Shown here piece by piece: positions 45,249 to 56,466 of a stretch of DNA of 64,000 nt. Positions within the stretch are counted from its first letter, which is position 1, and every line of letters begins with the position of its first letter. A model generated the notes under the pieces. It was not told the origin of the DNA. It worked only from the letters and a program-made list of their open reading frames with translations, and did not search any database. Both the position numbers and the translations under genes were made by a program. This DNA comes from an uncultured Deinococcaceae bacterium (GTDB lineage: Bacteria > Deinococcota > Deinococci > Deinococcales > Deinococcaceae), in the NCBI GenBank assembly GCA_964252075.1, contig CAXULY010000028.1, positions 1-64,000 of the forward strand, given 5' to 3'.

Positions 45249-45875
45249 TCAGTTCAGGGTGCGCTCCACGCCCTCGCCCGGCCAGTCCGCGCGGAACAGC
45301 CAGAGGTTCACGGGGTCACCCTCGCGCCTGTACCACACCCGCACGCCGGAATTCGGGAGCGGCCAGGGACTCAGCCGGGCGCTGCGCCCCACCGCGAGGC
45401 GCGTGATGGGCGCGCCGCCCGCCACCTGCCGCGCGGGCCACCACGCATTCACGCTCGTGGGGCTCCAGCCCTGCACGGTCAGCGGCCCGCGCCCCACGTT
45501 CTTCACGACCGCGCCGCCCGGCTCCAGGTGCAGTTCCAGGTCCGGCAGGTCCGGCGTCTTGAACGCCGCGAGGCGCTGGCGCAGGCTGGTCGTCAGCGGG
45601 CGGCGCGGCGCGGCGCGGTACGACCACGGCAGGTACTCGCCCAGCACCATCAGCGCGATGCCCACCCCGATCAGGGGCGGCAGGTCGCTCGCCAGCCCGA
45701 AGTACAGCGCGAGCACCCCGGCGGGCACCATCAGCGCCAGGGGCCGCATGCGGCCCAGCAGCCCGCGACGCTGCCGCCGCGTGACGCCCAGCACCCACGC
45801 CAGCAGCATCAGGCTGCACAGCAGCGTGTACAGCAGGTCCGCGGTGCCCTGCGGCAGGGACGTGAGGCCGCTCAC
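45249..45875 (-). CDS. Hypothetical membrane protein
   Basis: Three N-terminal TM segments; coupled to the moaB-like gene. Confidence 0.7.
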   Translation of the reverse strand: MSGLTSLPQGTADLLYTLLCSLMLLAWVLGVTRRQRRGLLGRMRPLALMVPAGVLALYFGLASDLPPLIGVGIALMVLGEYLPWSYRAAPRRPLTTSLRQRLAAFKTPDLPDLELHLEPGGAVVKNVGRGPLTVQGWSPTSVNAWWPARQVAGGAPITRLAVGRSARLSPWPLPNSGVRVWYRREGDPVNLWLFRADWPGEGVERTLN

Positions 45876-46384
45876 CCTTCCTGCCCGTGCCGGAACACCT
45901 CGAACACCAGGTGCGGCAGTTCATCCGCGAGGAGCTTCTCCCAGGCGGTCCGCACGGCGTTCAGGCTGCCGGGCAGCGCGAACAGCAGCGTGCGGCCCGC
46001 GAGGCCCCCCACCGCGCGCGACAGCATCGCGGCGCCCCCCACCTCCGGGTAACTGAGCATGCGGAAGAGTTCCCCGAAGCCCGGCATGGGTTTCGTCAGG
46101 AGGGACTCCACCACCGGGATCGTCACGTCCCGCCCCGCGATGCCCGTCCCGCCGCTGGAGATCACCACCTGCGCGCCCGGCATCAGTTCGCTGAGCGCCG
46201 CGCGGATCTCCGGCGCGTCATCGCGCACGATGCGCGCGCCCGTCACGGTGTGCCCCGCGCCCTCCAGCGCGGCGCGCAGGTACTGACCGCTGGTGTCCGT
46301 CTCGGGCGTGCGGGTGTCGCTGATGGTGAGCACCGCCGCCGTCACGCGGCGCGGGGAGTGTGCGAGGTGGTCTTCACGGCCCAT
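45872..46384 (-). CDS. moaB: Molybdenum cofactor biosynthesis protein MoaB/Mog
   Basis: [12 protein letters not shown]...[15 protein letters not shown] and LPGS. Confidence 0.9.
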   Translation of the reverse strand: MGREDHLAHSPRRVTAAVLTISDTRTPETDTSGQYLRAALEGAGHTVTGARIVRDDAPEIRAALSELMPGAQVVISSGGTGIAGRDVTIPVVESLLTKPMPGFGELFRMLSYPEVGGAAMLSRAVGGLAGRTLLFALPGSLNAVRTAWEKLLADELPHLVFEVFRHGQEG

Positions 46385-46511
46385 GCCGATTAGCTTACGC
46401 CGCCCGGTGCGCGGGGCAGGGAGCGCCGTCACAGAGCGGCGCGCGCCTCAGGCGCCGGGGTCTGTGCGGCTCAAGCCCTATGCCGCCGCAGCAGCTCCGC
46501 CTGGCCTTTGT

Positions 46512-47255
46512 TCAGCGGTCACGGCGCGCCACGAACACCAGCACCCGACCCGTCGAACGGACCGGCCCGCGCACCCAGTCGCCATACACCCCCACCACCG
46601 TGAAGCCCGCCCGCTGCAGGTCACCCACGATCTCTGCCTCACCGCGAAACCGCAGCACGCTGTCCACCACCACGTCCTCGCCGCTCTGCGCCCAGACGTT
46701 GTGCGCCTGGAACCGCACCCGACCGTCCTCCATGACCGCCGCGTCCAGCCAGCAGGTCAGGCGGCCATCCGGCGTGTCCATCTCTTCACGCGTCGCGTCG
46801 GGCCGCCACGTGAGCCACTCCTGGGCGTCGGGGTTGCGGCTCTCGAACGCCAGGTGCCCACCGGGCTGCAGCGCTGCGCGCAGCTGCCCCAGGGTGGTGG
46901 CCCACACCCCGTCGTCCAGGAACACCTGCGCGACGTTGCCCGTCATGAGCGCCAGGTCCGCGGCGGGCGTGCCGAGGACGGACGCGTCCCCGTTGGTCCA
47001 CTGCACGCGCTCCGCGCCCGGCTGCTGGCGCGCCCAGGCCAGCATGGCGGGGGCGGGATCAATGCCGCGCACGTCGCGCCCCGGGCGCGCGAGTGCACGG
47101 GTGAGCAGGCCGGTGCCGCAGCCGAGGTCCAGGATGCGCTGGGCGCCGAGTTCGTCGGCGAGGGCGAGGTAGAAGTCCGTGTCGATCCCGCGCGGGTTGT
47201 CACGGTCGTACAGCGCCACGAGGCGGGGATCGACGTAGTGCAGGTCGAGGTGCAT
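46512..47255 (-). CDS. Class I SAM-dependent methyltransferase
   Basis: LDLGCGTG, GIDP...ML and LQPGG. TACAGT lies 6 nt before the ATG. Confidence 0.9.
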   Translation of the reverse strand: MHLDLHYVDPRLVALYDRDNPRGIDTDFYLALADELGAQRILDLGCGTGLLTRALARPGRDVRGIDPAPAMLAWARQQPGAERVQWTNGDASVLGTPAADLALMTGNVAQVFLDDGVWATTLGQLRAALQPGGHLAFESRNPDAQEWLTWRPDATREEMDTPDGRLTCWLDAAVMEDGRVRFQAHNVWAQSGEDVVVDSVLRFRGEAEIVGDLQRAGFTVVGVYGDWVRGPVRSTGRVLVFVARRDR

Positions 47256-47360
47256 GCCGACACTGTAGGCGAGGTCCAGCTGGGCGCGGCCTGCGCGTCG
47301 CTGGGTCCGGTCCACGGGACGGAGGGCGAGCCACCCGCTTCGCCCTCAGCCGCTCAACCC

Positions 47361-47843
47361 CTAGAGGCCGCCCTCCACGCCGTTCACGAAGGTGCGCTCC
47401 CCGGCCTTCACGGTGACGCGCACGTCGTTGTCGCCGTCCGCCTCGACCGTGCAGGTGGTCACCGACTCGGGGCGCTTCCCGAAGTCGCGGTCGCCCACCT
47501 CGTCCGCGCGCGTGCAGTCCGGCACCTCCTTCGCGAGGCGCTCCGGGGTGTACATCGGGTCTTCCGCCATGCGGCCCAGGTACGCGGCGTGCACGTTCGC
47601 GCTGTAACCCTGCGCCTGCCGCCACGCGAGTTCCGCCTTGAGGGCGTTCAGCTCACCGCTGCCCGCGCCCCGCTGCGCCGCCTGCCGCGCCTCACTGAGC
47701 TGCGTCTGGAGTTGCTGCACCTGCGCCTGCAGCTGCGCGTTCTGCTGCTTGAGCGTGTCGGCCTCGCGGTTCTGGCAGGCGGTGAGCGCCACGGGCAGCG
47801 CCAGCAGCGGCAGCCATCGGAGCAGGGAGGTCGGAACAGCCAT
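47361..47843 (-). CDS. Lipoprotein with coiled coil and 2-Cys C-terminal domain
   Basis: Lipobox LTAC, Gln/Leu heptads, and DCT...TCTV. Confidence 0.75.
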   Translation of the reverse strand: MAVPTSLLRWLPLLALPVALTACQNREADTLKQQNAQLQAQVQQLQTQLSEARQAAQRGAGSGELNALKAELAWRQAQGYSANVHAAYLGRMAEDPMYTPERLAKEVPDCTRADEVGDRDFGKRPESVTTCTVEADGDNDVRVTVKAGERTFVNGVEGGL

Positions 47844-47961
47844 GTCCATCAATGTAGCGTAATTCCCATTTGTAGGGTATGAGGAGGGCGCGCGGCGATC
47901 CTGAAGGCGCTCGTAACCTGCGTTGCGGCCCGCGCTGGCGCACCGCGGTACACTTCCCGGG

Positions 47962-48273
47962 ATGACGCGCCGCGATTCCGGCACCCAGCTTCAGGACCGC
48001 ACCGAACTCGCGCGGCCCCGGCTGTACCGGGTGCTGCTCCTGAACGACGACTTCACACCCATGGATTTCGTGGTCATGGTGCTGGCCGCGTACTTCAAGA
48101 AAAGCCTCGCGGACGCCGAACGCATCATGCTGGCCGTGCATGAACAGGGCCAGGGCGTCGCGGGCGTGTACCCGCGCGACATTGCGGAAACCAAAGCCCA
48201 GCAGGTGACGCAACACGCGCGCCAGGAAGGACACCCGCTGACGCTCAGCGTGGAACCGGAAGGGGAGAACTGA
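47962..48273 (+). CDS. clpS: ATP-dependent Clp protease adaptor ClpS
   Basis: YRVLLLNDDFTPMDFVV, H..G, AETK and HPL. Confidence 0.95.
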   Translation: MTRRDSGTQLQDRTELARPRLYRVLLLNDDFTPMDFVVMVLAAYFKKSLADAERIMLAVHEQGQGVAGVYPRDIAETKAQQVTQHARQEGHPLTLSVEPEGEN

Positions 48274-48274
48274 C

Positions 48275-50533
48275 ATGGCGGGATTCAGTGAGGGTCTGCG
48301 CGACGCCCTGGACCGCGCGCTGGAGGCGGCCAGGGAGCGCCGCCACGAATTCGTGACGCAGGAGCACCTGCTCCTCGCCCTGACGGACGAGCCCGACGCG
48401 CGCGAGGCGCTGCTGGCGGGCGGCGTGGACCTCGCGGACCTGCGCGCGGACCTCGAGGGCTTCATGGACACCACCCTCGACACCTCCGGCACCGAGCCGC
48501 AGGTGACGCTCGGCGTGCAGCGCGTGGTGCAGGCCGCCGCGTGGCAGCTGCGCAGCGCCGGCAAGAGCGACGCGCCGCTGGACGGCGCGCGCGTACTCGC
48601 GGAGATCCTGGAGGAGGAGGACTCCTTCGCGCGTTACGCGCTGGAACGCCAGGGCCTCACGCGCCTGGACGTGCTGGCGTACGTGTCGCACGGCAGCGCG
48701 AAGGTCACGGGCCGCGCCCGCTCGCGCCGCACGCCGGGCGTGGAGGAGGACGCGGGTGGGGGCGAGGAGGGCGCCGCGAACCCCCTCGACACCTACTGCG
48801 AGAACCTCTCCGCGCGCGCCCGCGAGGGCCGCACCGACCCCCTGATCGGGCGGGACGTGGAGCTGGAGCGCCTCGTGCACGTGCTCGCGCGCCGCACGAA
48901 GAACAACCCGCTGCTGGTCGGTGAGCCAGGCGTCGGCAAGACGGCGCTCGTGGAGGGCCTCGCGGCGCGCATCGAGGCGAACCAGGTGCCGAAGGTCGTG
49001 CGGGGCGCGCAGGTGTACGCCCTCGACATGGGCGCCCTGCTGGCGGGCAGCCGCTACCGCGGCGACTTCGAGGAGCGCCTGAAGGCCGTGCTGAACGCCC
49101 TGGACGGCGAGAACGCCATCCTGTTCGTGGACGAGATGCACACCATCGTGGGGGCGGGCTCGGTGCAGGGTGGCTCGCTGGACGCCGCGAACCTTCTGAA
49201 GCCCGCCCTGGCGCGCGGGGAGCTGCGCGTGATCGGCGCGACCACCCCGCAGGAACTGCGTCACCTGCAGCAGGACCGCGCCCTGTGGCGGCGCTTCCAG
49301 AGCGTGGACGTGCCGGAACCCAGCGAGGAGGACGCTGTGGCGATCCTGCGCGGCCTCCTGCCCGCCTACGCCAAGCACCACGGCGTGACGTACACGGACG
49401 CCGCCCTGCAGGCCGCCGTGAAGCTCAGCGCGCGCTACATCCGCGACCGCTTCCTGCCGGACAAGGCCATTGACGTGCTGGACGAGGCGGGCGCGGGCCG
49501 CAGCAGCAAGGGCGAGGGTGGCGAGATCACGGAGCGCGACATCGAGGCGGTCGTGGCGCGCATGGCGCGCGTGCCCGTCGGTGAGGTGAAGGCCAGCGAG
49601 CAGCAGGGCCTCGCCACCCTGGAGCGCGACCTCGCCGCGGCCGTGTACGGCCAGGACGAGGCGGTGAAGTTGCTCTCCAGCAGCGTGAAGCTTGCCCGCG
49701 CGGGCCTGCGCGAGCCGCAGAAACCGCAGGGCAGTTTCCTGTTCGCGGGGCCCACGGGCGTCGGCAAGACCGAACTCGCGCGCACGCTCGCGCGGGTGCT
49801 GGGCGTGCAGCTCATCCGCTTCGACATGAGCGAGTACCAGGAGCCGCACACCGTCGCGCGCCTCATCGGGGCGCCCCCCGGCTACGTGGGCTTCGACCAG
49901 GGCGGCCTGCTCACGGACGCCGTCGCGAAGAACCCGCACGCAGTGCTGCTGCTCGACGAGATCGAGAAGGCCCATCCGGACGTGTACAACCTGTTCCTGC
50001 AGCTCATGGACCACGGCACCGTCACGGACCACACGGGCAAGGTGGTGGACGGGCGCGGCCTCGTCATCATCTTCACCACCAACGCGGGCGCCGCCGAGGC
50101 GAGCCGCCCCGCGCTGGGCTTCGGGCGCACGGGCCGCGCGGGCGAGAGCGAGGACGCCGTCACGCGGCAGTTCACGCCGGAGTTCCGCAACCGCCTGGAC
50201 GCCGTCATTCACTTCCGCCCCCTCGCGCCGGAGGTCATGCGGCAGGTGGTGGACAAGTTCGTGGCGGAACTGGAAGGGCAGCTCGCGGAGAAGAACGTCA
50301 GGCTGAGCGTGACGGACGACGCGCGCGCCCTCCTCGCGCGCCTCGGGTACGACCCGCAGCTTGGCGCGCGGCCCCTCGCGCGCGTGATCAGCGAGCGCGT
50401 GAAGCGCCCCCTCGCGGACGAGCTGCTGTTCGGGCAGTTGCAGGGCGGCGGCAGCGTCACCGTGGACGCCCAGGCGGGCGAGCTGCACTTCGGGTACGGC
50501 GCGACCCACGTCAGCCTGCTCGACAAGAACTGA
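48275..50533 (+). CDS. clpA: ATP-dependent Clp protease ATP-binding subunit ClpA
   Basis: Clp-N domain, two AAA+ modules ([16 protein letters not shown]), LGF loop, no M-domain; follows clpS. Confidence 0.93.
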   Translation: MAGFSEGLRDALDRALEAARERRHEFVTQEHLLLALTDEPDAREALLAGGVDLADLRADLEGFMDTTLDTSGTEPQVTLGVQRVVQAAAWQLRSAGKSDAPLDGARVLAEILEEEDSFARYALERQGLTRLDVLAYVSHGSAKVTGRARSRRTPGVEEDAGGGEEGAANPLDTYCENLSARAREGRTDPLIGRDVELERLVHVLARRTKNNPLLVGEPGVGKTALVEGLAARIEANQVPKVVRGAQVYALDMGALLAGSRYRGDFEERLKAVLNALDGENAILFVDEMHTIVGAGSVQGGSLDAANLLKPALARGELRVIGATTPQELRHLQQDRALWRRFQSVDVPEPSEEDAVAILRGLLPAYAKHHGVTYTDAALQAAVKLSARYIRDRFLPDKAIDVLDEAGAGRSSKGEGGEITERDIEAVVARMARVPVGEVKASEQQGLATLERDLAAAVYGQDEAVKLLSSSVKLARAGLREPQKPQGSFLFAGPTGVGKTELARTLARVLGVQLIRFDMSEYQEPHTVARLIGAPPGYVGFDQGGLLTDAVAKNPHAVLLLDEIEKAHPDVYNLFLQLMDHGTVTDHTGKVVDGRGLVIIFTTNAGAAEASRPALGFGRTGRAGESEDAVTRQFTPEFRNRLDAVIHFRPLAPEVMRQVVDKFVAELEGQLAEKNVRLSVTDDARALLARLGYDPQLGARPLARVISERVKRPLADELLFGQLQGGGSVTVDAQAGELHFGYGATHVSLLDKN

Positions 50534-50614
50534 GTGCGGTGGTGAGGGGCGGCGCGCCGCCGCCCCTCACCGCTGTTTCACGGGGCATCAGGATGGATGA
50601 GCTAGACCGGGGGC

Positions 50615-51409
50615 ATGAAGCGATTCCTGCTGCCCGCCCTGAGTGCCCTGCTCACCACCGCCCTCGCCGCCGCGCCCACCCTGCCGCAGGCGCCGGGCGG
50701 CAGCAGCAGCAGCTTCGTGCTGCGCTCCGGCCAGCCGGACCTCGCGTGGACCATCTGCGACGCGGTGAACCAGCCGCAGGTGATCGTGGTGGGCCAGCCG
50801 GACGCGGCGGGCCGGACGGAAGTCACGACCTTCAGCAAGGCCGCGGCGGGCGCGTACAGCTACCAGGCGTTCGTGCTGGGTCAGGCGGACCCCGGCGCGG
50901 GGCAGGTGTACTACAGCCTCACGCCCCGCACGGGCGACGCGAAGGCGCAGCCCGGCAACGTGCACGCCGTGAACCCCGGCATGCTGGATCAGCCGCGCCA
51001 AATCCTGACGCCGCCCGTGACCAGCGTGCAGCTGCCCGGTCAAGCTGCCGCGCAGTGCCGCTGGGTGCCGGGCCTGCGCGCGCTGGGCTTCACCGCGCGG
51101 CGCAGCTTCACCATCACGCAAGACGCGAACGGGCGCCTCACCTACCAGAGCTTCGATGACAGCGCCGCGCCCGGCGTGCGCGTCGTGCAGCGCGGCGGCG
51201 TGGGGGCCACCACCACACCCAGTCAGACCGTCACGGGCGGGCACGCGCGCAGCACGGCGGGCGCCACCACCTTCACCTTCACGAACGACGGCTTCACGTA
51301 CACCGTGCGCCTCGGGAACAGCGGGGACGGCAGCCTCAGCGTCTCGCGCGGCGGGCGCACCGTGCAGACCGAACGCCTGAACGGCTACACCCTCGCGGTG
51401 CCCCGCTGA
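50615..51409 (+). CDS. Secreted hypothetical protein
   Basis: Signal peptide MKRFLLPAL..ALA; beta-rich sequence. Confidence 0.75.
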   Translation: MKRFLLPALSALLTTALAAAPTLPQAPGGSSSSFVLRSGQPDLAWTICDAVNQPQVIVVGQPDAAGRTEVTTFSKAAAGAYSYQAFVLGQADPGAGQVYYSLTPRTGDAKAQPGNVHAVNPGMLDQPRQILTPPVTSVQLPGQAAAQCRWVPGLRALGFTARRSFTITQDANGRLTYQSFDDSAAPGVRVVQRGGVGATTTPSQTVTGGHARSTAGATTFTFTNDGFTYTVRLGNSGDGSLSVSRGGRTVQTERLNGYTLAVPR

Positions 51410-51462
51410 CCGAACCATGGAGAAGGGCAGCGCCGCACGCTGCGGGACTCTAGGCTGGGCGC

Positions 51463-51999
51463 GTGACCGAACCCACCGCACCACCGCCCGCCCTGCTGCG
51501 CCACATCCGCTCGGATGACCTGCCCGTCATGTGGCGCTGGATTTACGGCGACCCGAACCCCGAGTGGAAACGCTGGGACGCCCCCTACTGGCCGCTGTCG
51601 TTCGTGCCGGAAGCCCTGTTCATTGAGCAGGCGCTCGCGCGCGTGGACGGCTCGTGGCGCACCATTGAGCTGGGCGGCGCGCCGCGCGGCATCGTGACGC
51701 GCCACTGGGAGGACGAGCCCGCCGGGTGGCTGGAAGTCGGCATCGTCATCTACGACCCGGCGTGGTGGAGCGGCGGGCACGGCAGCGCCGCGCTGCGCGA
51801 GTGGACGGGTCGTTGCTTCGAGGAGACGCCCGCGCACACCGTCACCCTCAGCACCTGGGGCGGCAACGAACGCATGGTGCGCGCCGCGCGCCGCGTGGGG
51901 TACGCCGAGTGCGCCCGCGTGCGCGAGGCGCGCCTGTGGGACGGGCGGCGCTGGGACAGTGTGCGCATGCAGGTCCTCCGCGAGGACTGGGCGGGCTGA
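51463..51999 (+). CDS. GNAT N-acetyltransferase (RimJ/RimL-like)
   Basis: WKRWDAPY, WSGGHG..A and N.RM.R.A.RVG. Confidence 0.88.
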   Translation: MTEPTAPPPALLRHIRSDDLPVMWRWIYGDPNPEWKRWDAPYWPLSFVPEALFIEQALARVDGSWRTIELGGAPRGIVTRHWEDEPAGWLEVGIVIYDPAWWSGGHGSAALREWTGRCFEETPAHTVTLSTWGGNERMVRAARRVGYAECARVREARLWDGRRWDSVRMQVLREDWAG

Positions 52000-52010
52000 G
52001 GCGCCCGCGC

Positions 52011-52520
52011 TCAGCCCGCCCAGTCCTCGGCGCGCAGCGTGAACCGCTGCACGGGCGTCCAGGCGTCCTGGTACATCTCCAGGTGCCCGGCGGCGCCCGC
52101 CGCCTGAAAACCGAGTTTCGCCATCAGGCGCAGCGAGCGCGCGTTGCTGGCGTGCACCTCCGCGCGAATCACGCCCAGTCCAAGCGTCCCGAAGCCGTGC
52201 GTGAGCATCGCGCGGCCCGCCCGCACGCCCAGCCCCTGCCCCCACAGCGCGCGCTCCCCGAGGATGATTCCGAACTCCGCGGAGTGCGCGTTCAGGTCCG
52301 CGAGGTCCACGTACCCCACGAGCGCGCCCGCCCACTCCACGCCGAGGCGCAGGAAGCCCGGCTCGCCGCCCGCCAGGATCGGCGCGAACCACGCCGCGAG
52401 CGCCCGCTCGCTCAGGCCCACCCGCCAGCCCGCCGCGCGGCAGAACACCTCGTCCGCCGCCCAGCGCGTGATGGTGCCGAGGTCACTGGCGTGCAGGGGG
52501 CGCAGGCGCACATCCGTCAT
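52011..52520 (-). CDS. GNAT N-acetyltransferase (RimJ/RimL-like)
   Basis: WGQGLG and N.RS.RLM.KLGF. Confidence 0.87.
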   Translation of the reverse strand: MTDVRLRPLHASDLGTITRWAADEVFCRAAGWRVGLSERALAAWFAPILAGGEPGFLRLGVEWAGALVGYVDLADLNAHSAEFGIILGERALWGQGLGVRAGRAMLTHGFGTLGLGVIRAEVHASNARSLRLMAKLGFQAAGAAGHLEMYQDAWTPVQRFTLRAEDWAG

Positions 52521-52539
52521 CTCGTGACAGACTACCCGC

Positions 52540-53715
52540 ATGCCTGAAGCGCGTCCGTACGCCGCCGCCACCCTCGCCGCCCGCGCCGGGGAGGAAGCCA
52601 CCCCCAACGCCAGCCGCCCCCTGGTGGAGCCCATCTACCAGACGACCGTGTACGCCTTCCCGGACCTCGACGCGCTGGAAGCCACCATGTCCGGCCAGCA
52701 GCCCGCGAGTTTCTACTACCGCAATGGCACCCCGAACGCCACCACCCTGGAGCGCGCCATCGCGGTGCTGGAGCGCACCGAGGCGGCGCTCGCCGCGGCG
52801 AGCGGCATGGCGGCCATCAGCGCCGCGCTGCTCGGCGTGCTGAAGGCCGGCGATCACCTCATCACGGACGAGCGCGTGTACGGCATCACGGACGCGCTGC
52901 TGCGCGAGGAGTTCCCGCGCCTCGGCATCACCGTGAGTTTCGTGGACGCCACGGACCTCGCGGCGGTGGAGGCGGCGTGGCAGGACAACACGCGCGCCCT
53001 GCACGTGGAGAGCCTCACGAACCCCCTCCTGACCGTGCCGGACCTGCCGCGCCTCGCGGCGTTCGCGCACGCGCGCGGCGCCGTCCTGAGCGTGGACAGC
53101 ACCTTCACCAGCCCCGCCCTGCTGCGCCCCGCCGAGCACGGTGCGGACCTCGTGACGCACTCCCTCAGCAAGTACCTGAGCGGGCACAGCAACGCCTTCG
53201 GCGGGGTGGTGGCGGGCCGCGCGGACCTCGTCGCGGCGGCCCGCACGCGCCTCATGCGGCTGGGCGGCACGGTCAGCGCCATGGACGCCTGGCTCACCAT
53301 GCAGGGCCTCAAGACGCTCCCGCTGCGCATGCGCGCGCACGCGCAGAACGCCCAGGCGGTCGCGGACGTGCTGCAGGGCCACGAGCGCGTGCGCCACGTG
53401 CACTTCCCCGGCCTCACCAGCCACCCGCAGTACGAGGTCGCGGAGCGCCTCTACCCGGACGGCTTCACCGGCATGCTGTCCCTGGAGGTCGAGGACGCGC
53501 CCGCCTTCGTGCGCGCCCTCTCGGGCCGCATTCCGCTCGCGCCGAGCCTCGCGGACGTGTCCAGCACCCTCAGCCACCCGTGGAGCACCTCGCACCGCGC
53601 CCTCACCGAGGAGAGCCGCCGCCGCCTCGGCATCACGCCGGACCTCCTGCGCCTCTCCGTGGGCATCGAGGACATCGCGGACCTGCTGACGGACCTGGAG
53701 GGCGCGCTCGCCTGA
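52540..53715 (+). CDS. PLP-dependent trans-sulfuration enzyme (Cys/Met metabolism family)
   Basis: [31 protein letters not shown] and LRLSVGIED. Confidence 0.9.
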   Translation: MPEARPYAAATLAARAGEEATPNASRPLVEPIYQTTVYAFPDLDALEATMSGQQPASFYYRNGTPNATTLERAIAVLERTEAALAAASGMAAISAALLGVLKAGDHLITDERVYGITDALLREEFPRLGITVSFVDATDLAAVEAAWQDNTRALHVESLTNPLLTVPDLPRLAAFAHARGAVLSVDSTFTSPALLRPAEHGADLVTHSLSKYLSGHSNAFGGVVAGRADLVAAARTRLMRLGGTVSAMDAWLTMQGLKTLPLRMRAHAQNAQAVADVLQGHERVRHVHFPGLTSHPQYEVAERLYPDGFTGMLSLEVEDAPAFVRALSGRIPLAPSLADVSSTLSHPWSTSHRALTEESRRRLGITPDLLRLSVGIEDIADLLTDLEGALA

Positions 53716-53812
53716 GTATGGGGCGGTGGGCGCCAGGCCGCGCCGCGCTCCGGCTTCGGCACCAAGAAAGGTCACGGCTCGGGGGCAAACCCCTGAGCCG
53801 TGACCCTCCGCT

Positions 53813-54832
53813 CTAGCGCGCCCGGCCCTGCTGGATGGCGAGCAGGTGATCCAGGCGCGCCTGCAGGCCGGGGTGCGTGGAGAGCAGACCCGCGTCGTCG
53901 CCCGCCCGGCGCGTGAGGCGCGTCAGGATGTTCCGCAGGGGCGCGGTCGTGCCGTTGTGCCGCATGAGGTAGCGGGCGGCGTCCCCGTCCGCCTGCGCTT
54001 CCATGTCGCGCGAGTACCCGTTCTGCGCGACAAGCAGCGCGACCGTGCCGCCCACCGTACCCGCGCTCGTCACGTCGCCCGTCACGAGGGACGCGAACAG
54101 CAGCAGGCCCGCGCCCTGGTACACGCTCTTCGCGGCGTGGCGGCGCTCCACGTGCCCCACCTCGTGCGCCAGCACCCCCATGACCTCCCGGTCGGACTTC
54201 GAGAGGCGCACGAGTTCGTCCGTGAGGACCACCGTGCCGTCCGGCAGCGCGAAGGCGTTCGCGCCGATGAGCTTGCCGCCCCGCCGGAACGCGAGGCGGT
54301 ACGGGTACGTGCGGCTGCCGCGCTCCCGCGCCAGCTGCGTGAACTCCGCGCTGAGGCGCAGGCGCGCGCTGTTCGGGAGGCGGCTGGGCTTCAGGTACTG
54401 GCGGTCCATGAGGCGCAGCGTCTGCGCGTCCATGACGCGCAGCACGGCGGGCGGCGTGACCTGCGCCGCGACGCCCGCCAGGGCGGGCAGCCCGAAGCGC
54501 GTGAACCCCCACACGGCGAGCGCCAGCGCCAGCACGCTCAGGAGCGCGCTGCGCCAGCGGCCCTCCAGCGCCTGCACGACGCGCAGCCCCCGGTTCGCGC
54601 GGAGGTGCGCCTCCAGCGCGCGCACCTCCGTGAGGTCGGTGGTCTCGAAGCGCGCGCCGCCCTGCAGGTGCAGCACCCGGCGCAGCCCGCCCAGTTGCGG
54701 CTCGATGCGCACGGCGCGCAGCCCGAAGCCCGTGTCGATGCCGTCCACGCGCAGCACCAGCCCGCTCGCGTCGAAGCGCGCCTGCGCGTCACGCGCGCGC
54801 GAGCTGAGGCCGTCGAAGTACACGCCCTGCAT
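53813..54832 (-). CDS. M48 family metallopeptidase
   Basis: NAFALPDG, AHEVGH, YSRDME.QAD and STHP. Confidence 0.9.
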   Translation of the reverse strand: MQGVYFDGLSSRARDAQARFDASGLVLRVDGIDTGFGLRAVRIEPQLGGLRRVLHLQGGARFETTDLTEVRALEAHLRANRGLRVVQALEGRWRSALLSVLALALAVWGFTRFGLPALAGVAAQVTPPAVLRVMDAQTLRLMDRQYLKPSRLPNSARLRLSAEFTQLARERGSRTYPYRLAFRRGGKLIGANAFALPDGTVVLTDELVRLSKSDREVMGVLAHEVGHVERRHAAKSVYQGAGLLLFASLVTGDVTSAGTVGGTVALLVAQNGYSRDMEAQADGDAARYLMRHNGTTAPLRNILTRLTRRAGDDAGLLSTHPGLQARLDHLLAIQQGRAR

Positions 54833-55941
54833 CACAGCCCGATCTCAATGCCGAAGAACTCGGTGGCGGACTCCCCGAGCGCGCCGTCACGCGTGCCCGT
54901 GTCGGCGCTGAAGTCCTCCAGGCCGCCGGGCGCGAGCACCGCGATGTGCGCGAGCAGGTACCGCGCGCGGCGCACGGCCGCCCAGGGCGTCGCGAGGCCC
55001 ACGCTGAGCACCTGCAGCGCCACGTTCGAGAGTTGAATCCAGCCGAACAGCCAGGGGTTCACGCGCGCCTCGAAGCGCACGCGCTCGTCCAGCACCGTGT
55101 GGTTCAGGGTGTAGTTCAGCAGGGCGCCGCGCACGCCCTGCGTCACGCCCGTCACGAGCATGAGGTACAGCAGGTACAGCGGCGCGAGCAGCCAGGGGAC
55201 CGCGCCCACCCCGCCCCCGCGCGCCCCGCCGAGCGTGAGGGGCACCAGCAGCGCCACGCCGACGGTGAGCAGGGCCACGTACCCCGCAACAGTCAGGCCG
55301 AGCGCCGTGAGGTAAATCAGGTACACGGGACCGGCGTCGCCCGTGAAGCGGGCGCGGGCGCTGCCGTACGCGGCGTGGTCCATCTGGTAGCGGCGCTGGA
55401 GGCTCACCACGTACGGGAACACCGCCCCGAGCGTAAAGGGGGACAGCAGCGGCCACCACAGGTGCGTGCTGTACGCGCCGCGCAGCGTACCGTGGAAGTG
55501 GAAGCGCAGGCCGCGGTGCACGCTGTTCGTCGCGAGGAACCGCAGGGACTTGAAGATCAGGTACGGCAGCAGCAGCCCGAAGAGCGCCACGAGCGCCACC
55601 GTGAGCCAGCCCCAGCGCTCGTCCACCTGCCCGGCGTACTGCGACGCGACGTACAGCAGGAACATGGCGCCCACCACGAGGTGCCCCTTCAGGATCGCGG
55701 TGGGGTTCGCGGTGTACGCGAAGTTCTGCCCGTCCAGCCACGTGTGGCCGTAGAAGTACTGCCGCGTGCGGACCTTCGCCCACGCGCCGTACACCCCGAG
55801 CGTCACGACGGTCAGGGCGGCGTTCACGATCCAGATGCGGAAGTACTCGCCCGCCCCGCCCGTAAAGTGCAGCGGGGGCGGCGCGCTGAGCGGCCCGCCC
55901 CCGGCGTGGGTGGGGGCAGGTGGGGAGGTCACGTCCGTCAC
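54832..55941 (-). CDS. YjgN/DUF898 family membrane protein
   Basis: F.G...EYFRIWIVN..LT.VTLG.Y..WAKVR...YFY; in the usual pairing with an M48 peptidase. Confidence 0.9.
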   Translation of the reverse strand: MTDVTSPPAPTHAGGGPLSAPPPLHFTGGAGEYFRIWIVNAALTVVTLGVYGAWAKVRTRQYFYGHTWLDGQNFAYTANPTAILKGHLVVGAMFLLYVASQYAGQVDERWGWLTVALVALFGLLLPYLIFKSLRFLATNSVHRGLRFHFHGTLRGAYSTHLWWPLLSPFTLGAVFPYVVSLQRRYQMDHAAYGSARARFTGDAGPVYLIYLTALGLTVAGYVALLTVGVALLVPLTLGGARGGGVGAVPWLLAPLYLLYLMLVTGVTQGVRGALLNYTLNHTVLDERVRFEARVNPWLFGWIQLSNVALQVLSVGLATPWAAVRRARYLLAHIAVLAPGGLEDFSADTGTRDGALGESATEFFGIEIGL

Positions 55942-56033
55942 CGCCTCATGCTAACCGCGCGCTCATGACCCTCATGCAGGAAAGCAGACAGGGGTGGCCC
56001 TCCGCCCGCTCAGCTTTCCGGTACACTTGCCGC

Positions 56034-56447
56034 ATGACCGAGTCCACACCCGAGGCCGGCGCGGGCGGCGTGGTCTTCGACGCGCGCGGTCAGGTGCTGC
56101 TCGTGCGCTACCGCAGTGGTGGCTGGGCCTTCCCGAAGGGGCACATCGAGCCCGGCGAGACGCCCGAACAGACGGCCCGGCGTGAGGTGCACGAGGAGAC
56201 CGGCGTGCGGGCCGAGGTGGGCGCCGCGCTGCGCGCCACCCGCTACGTGAACGACCGCGGCACCCCGCGCGAGATTCAGTGGTTCGTGATGCGCGCCGAG
56301 CCCGGCCAGACGCACCTGGAGTCCACCTTCCAGGAGGGCGGCTTTTACGGCCCGGACGAAGCGCGGACTCTGCTAAGCTACCCTGAAGACCGCGCATTGC
56401 TTGATGAAGCCCTTATGCACGTGCACCACGGTGATGCCGGTGGGTGA
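56034..56447 (+). CDS. NUDIX hydrolase (Ap4A/Ndx1-like)
   Basis: Nudix box GHIEPGETPEQTARREVHEETG. TACACT lies 6 nt before the ATG. Confidence 0.9.
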   Translation: MTESTPEAGAGGVVFDARGQVLLVRYRSGGWAFPKGHIEPGETPEQTARREVHEETGVRAEVGAALRATRYVNDRGTPREIQWFVMRAEPGQTHLESTFQEGGFYGPDEARTLLSYPEDRALLDEALMHVHHGDAGG

Positions 56448-56466
56448 AGTGACGCCAGGAGGACGC

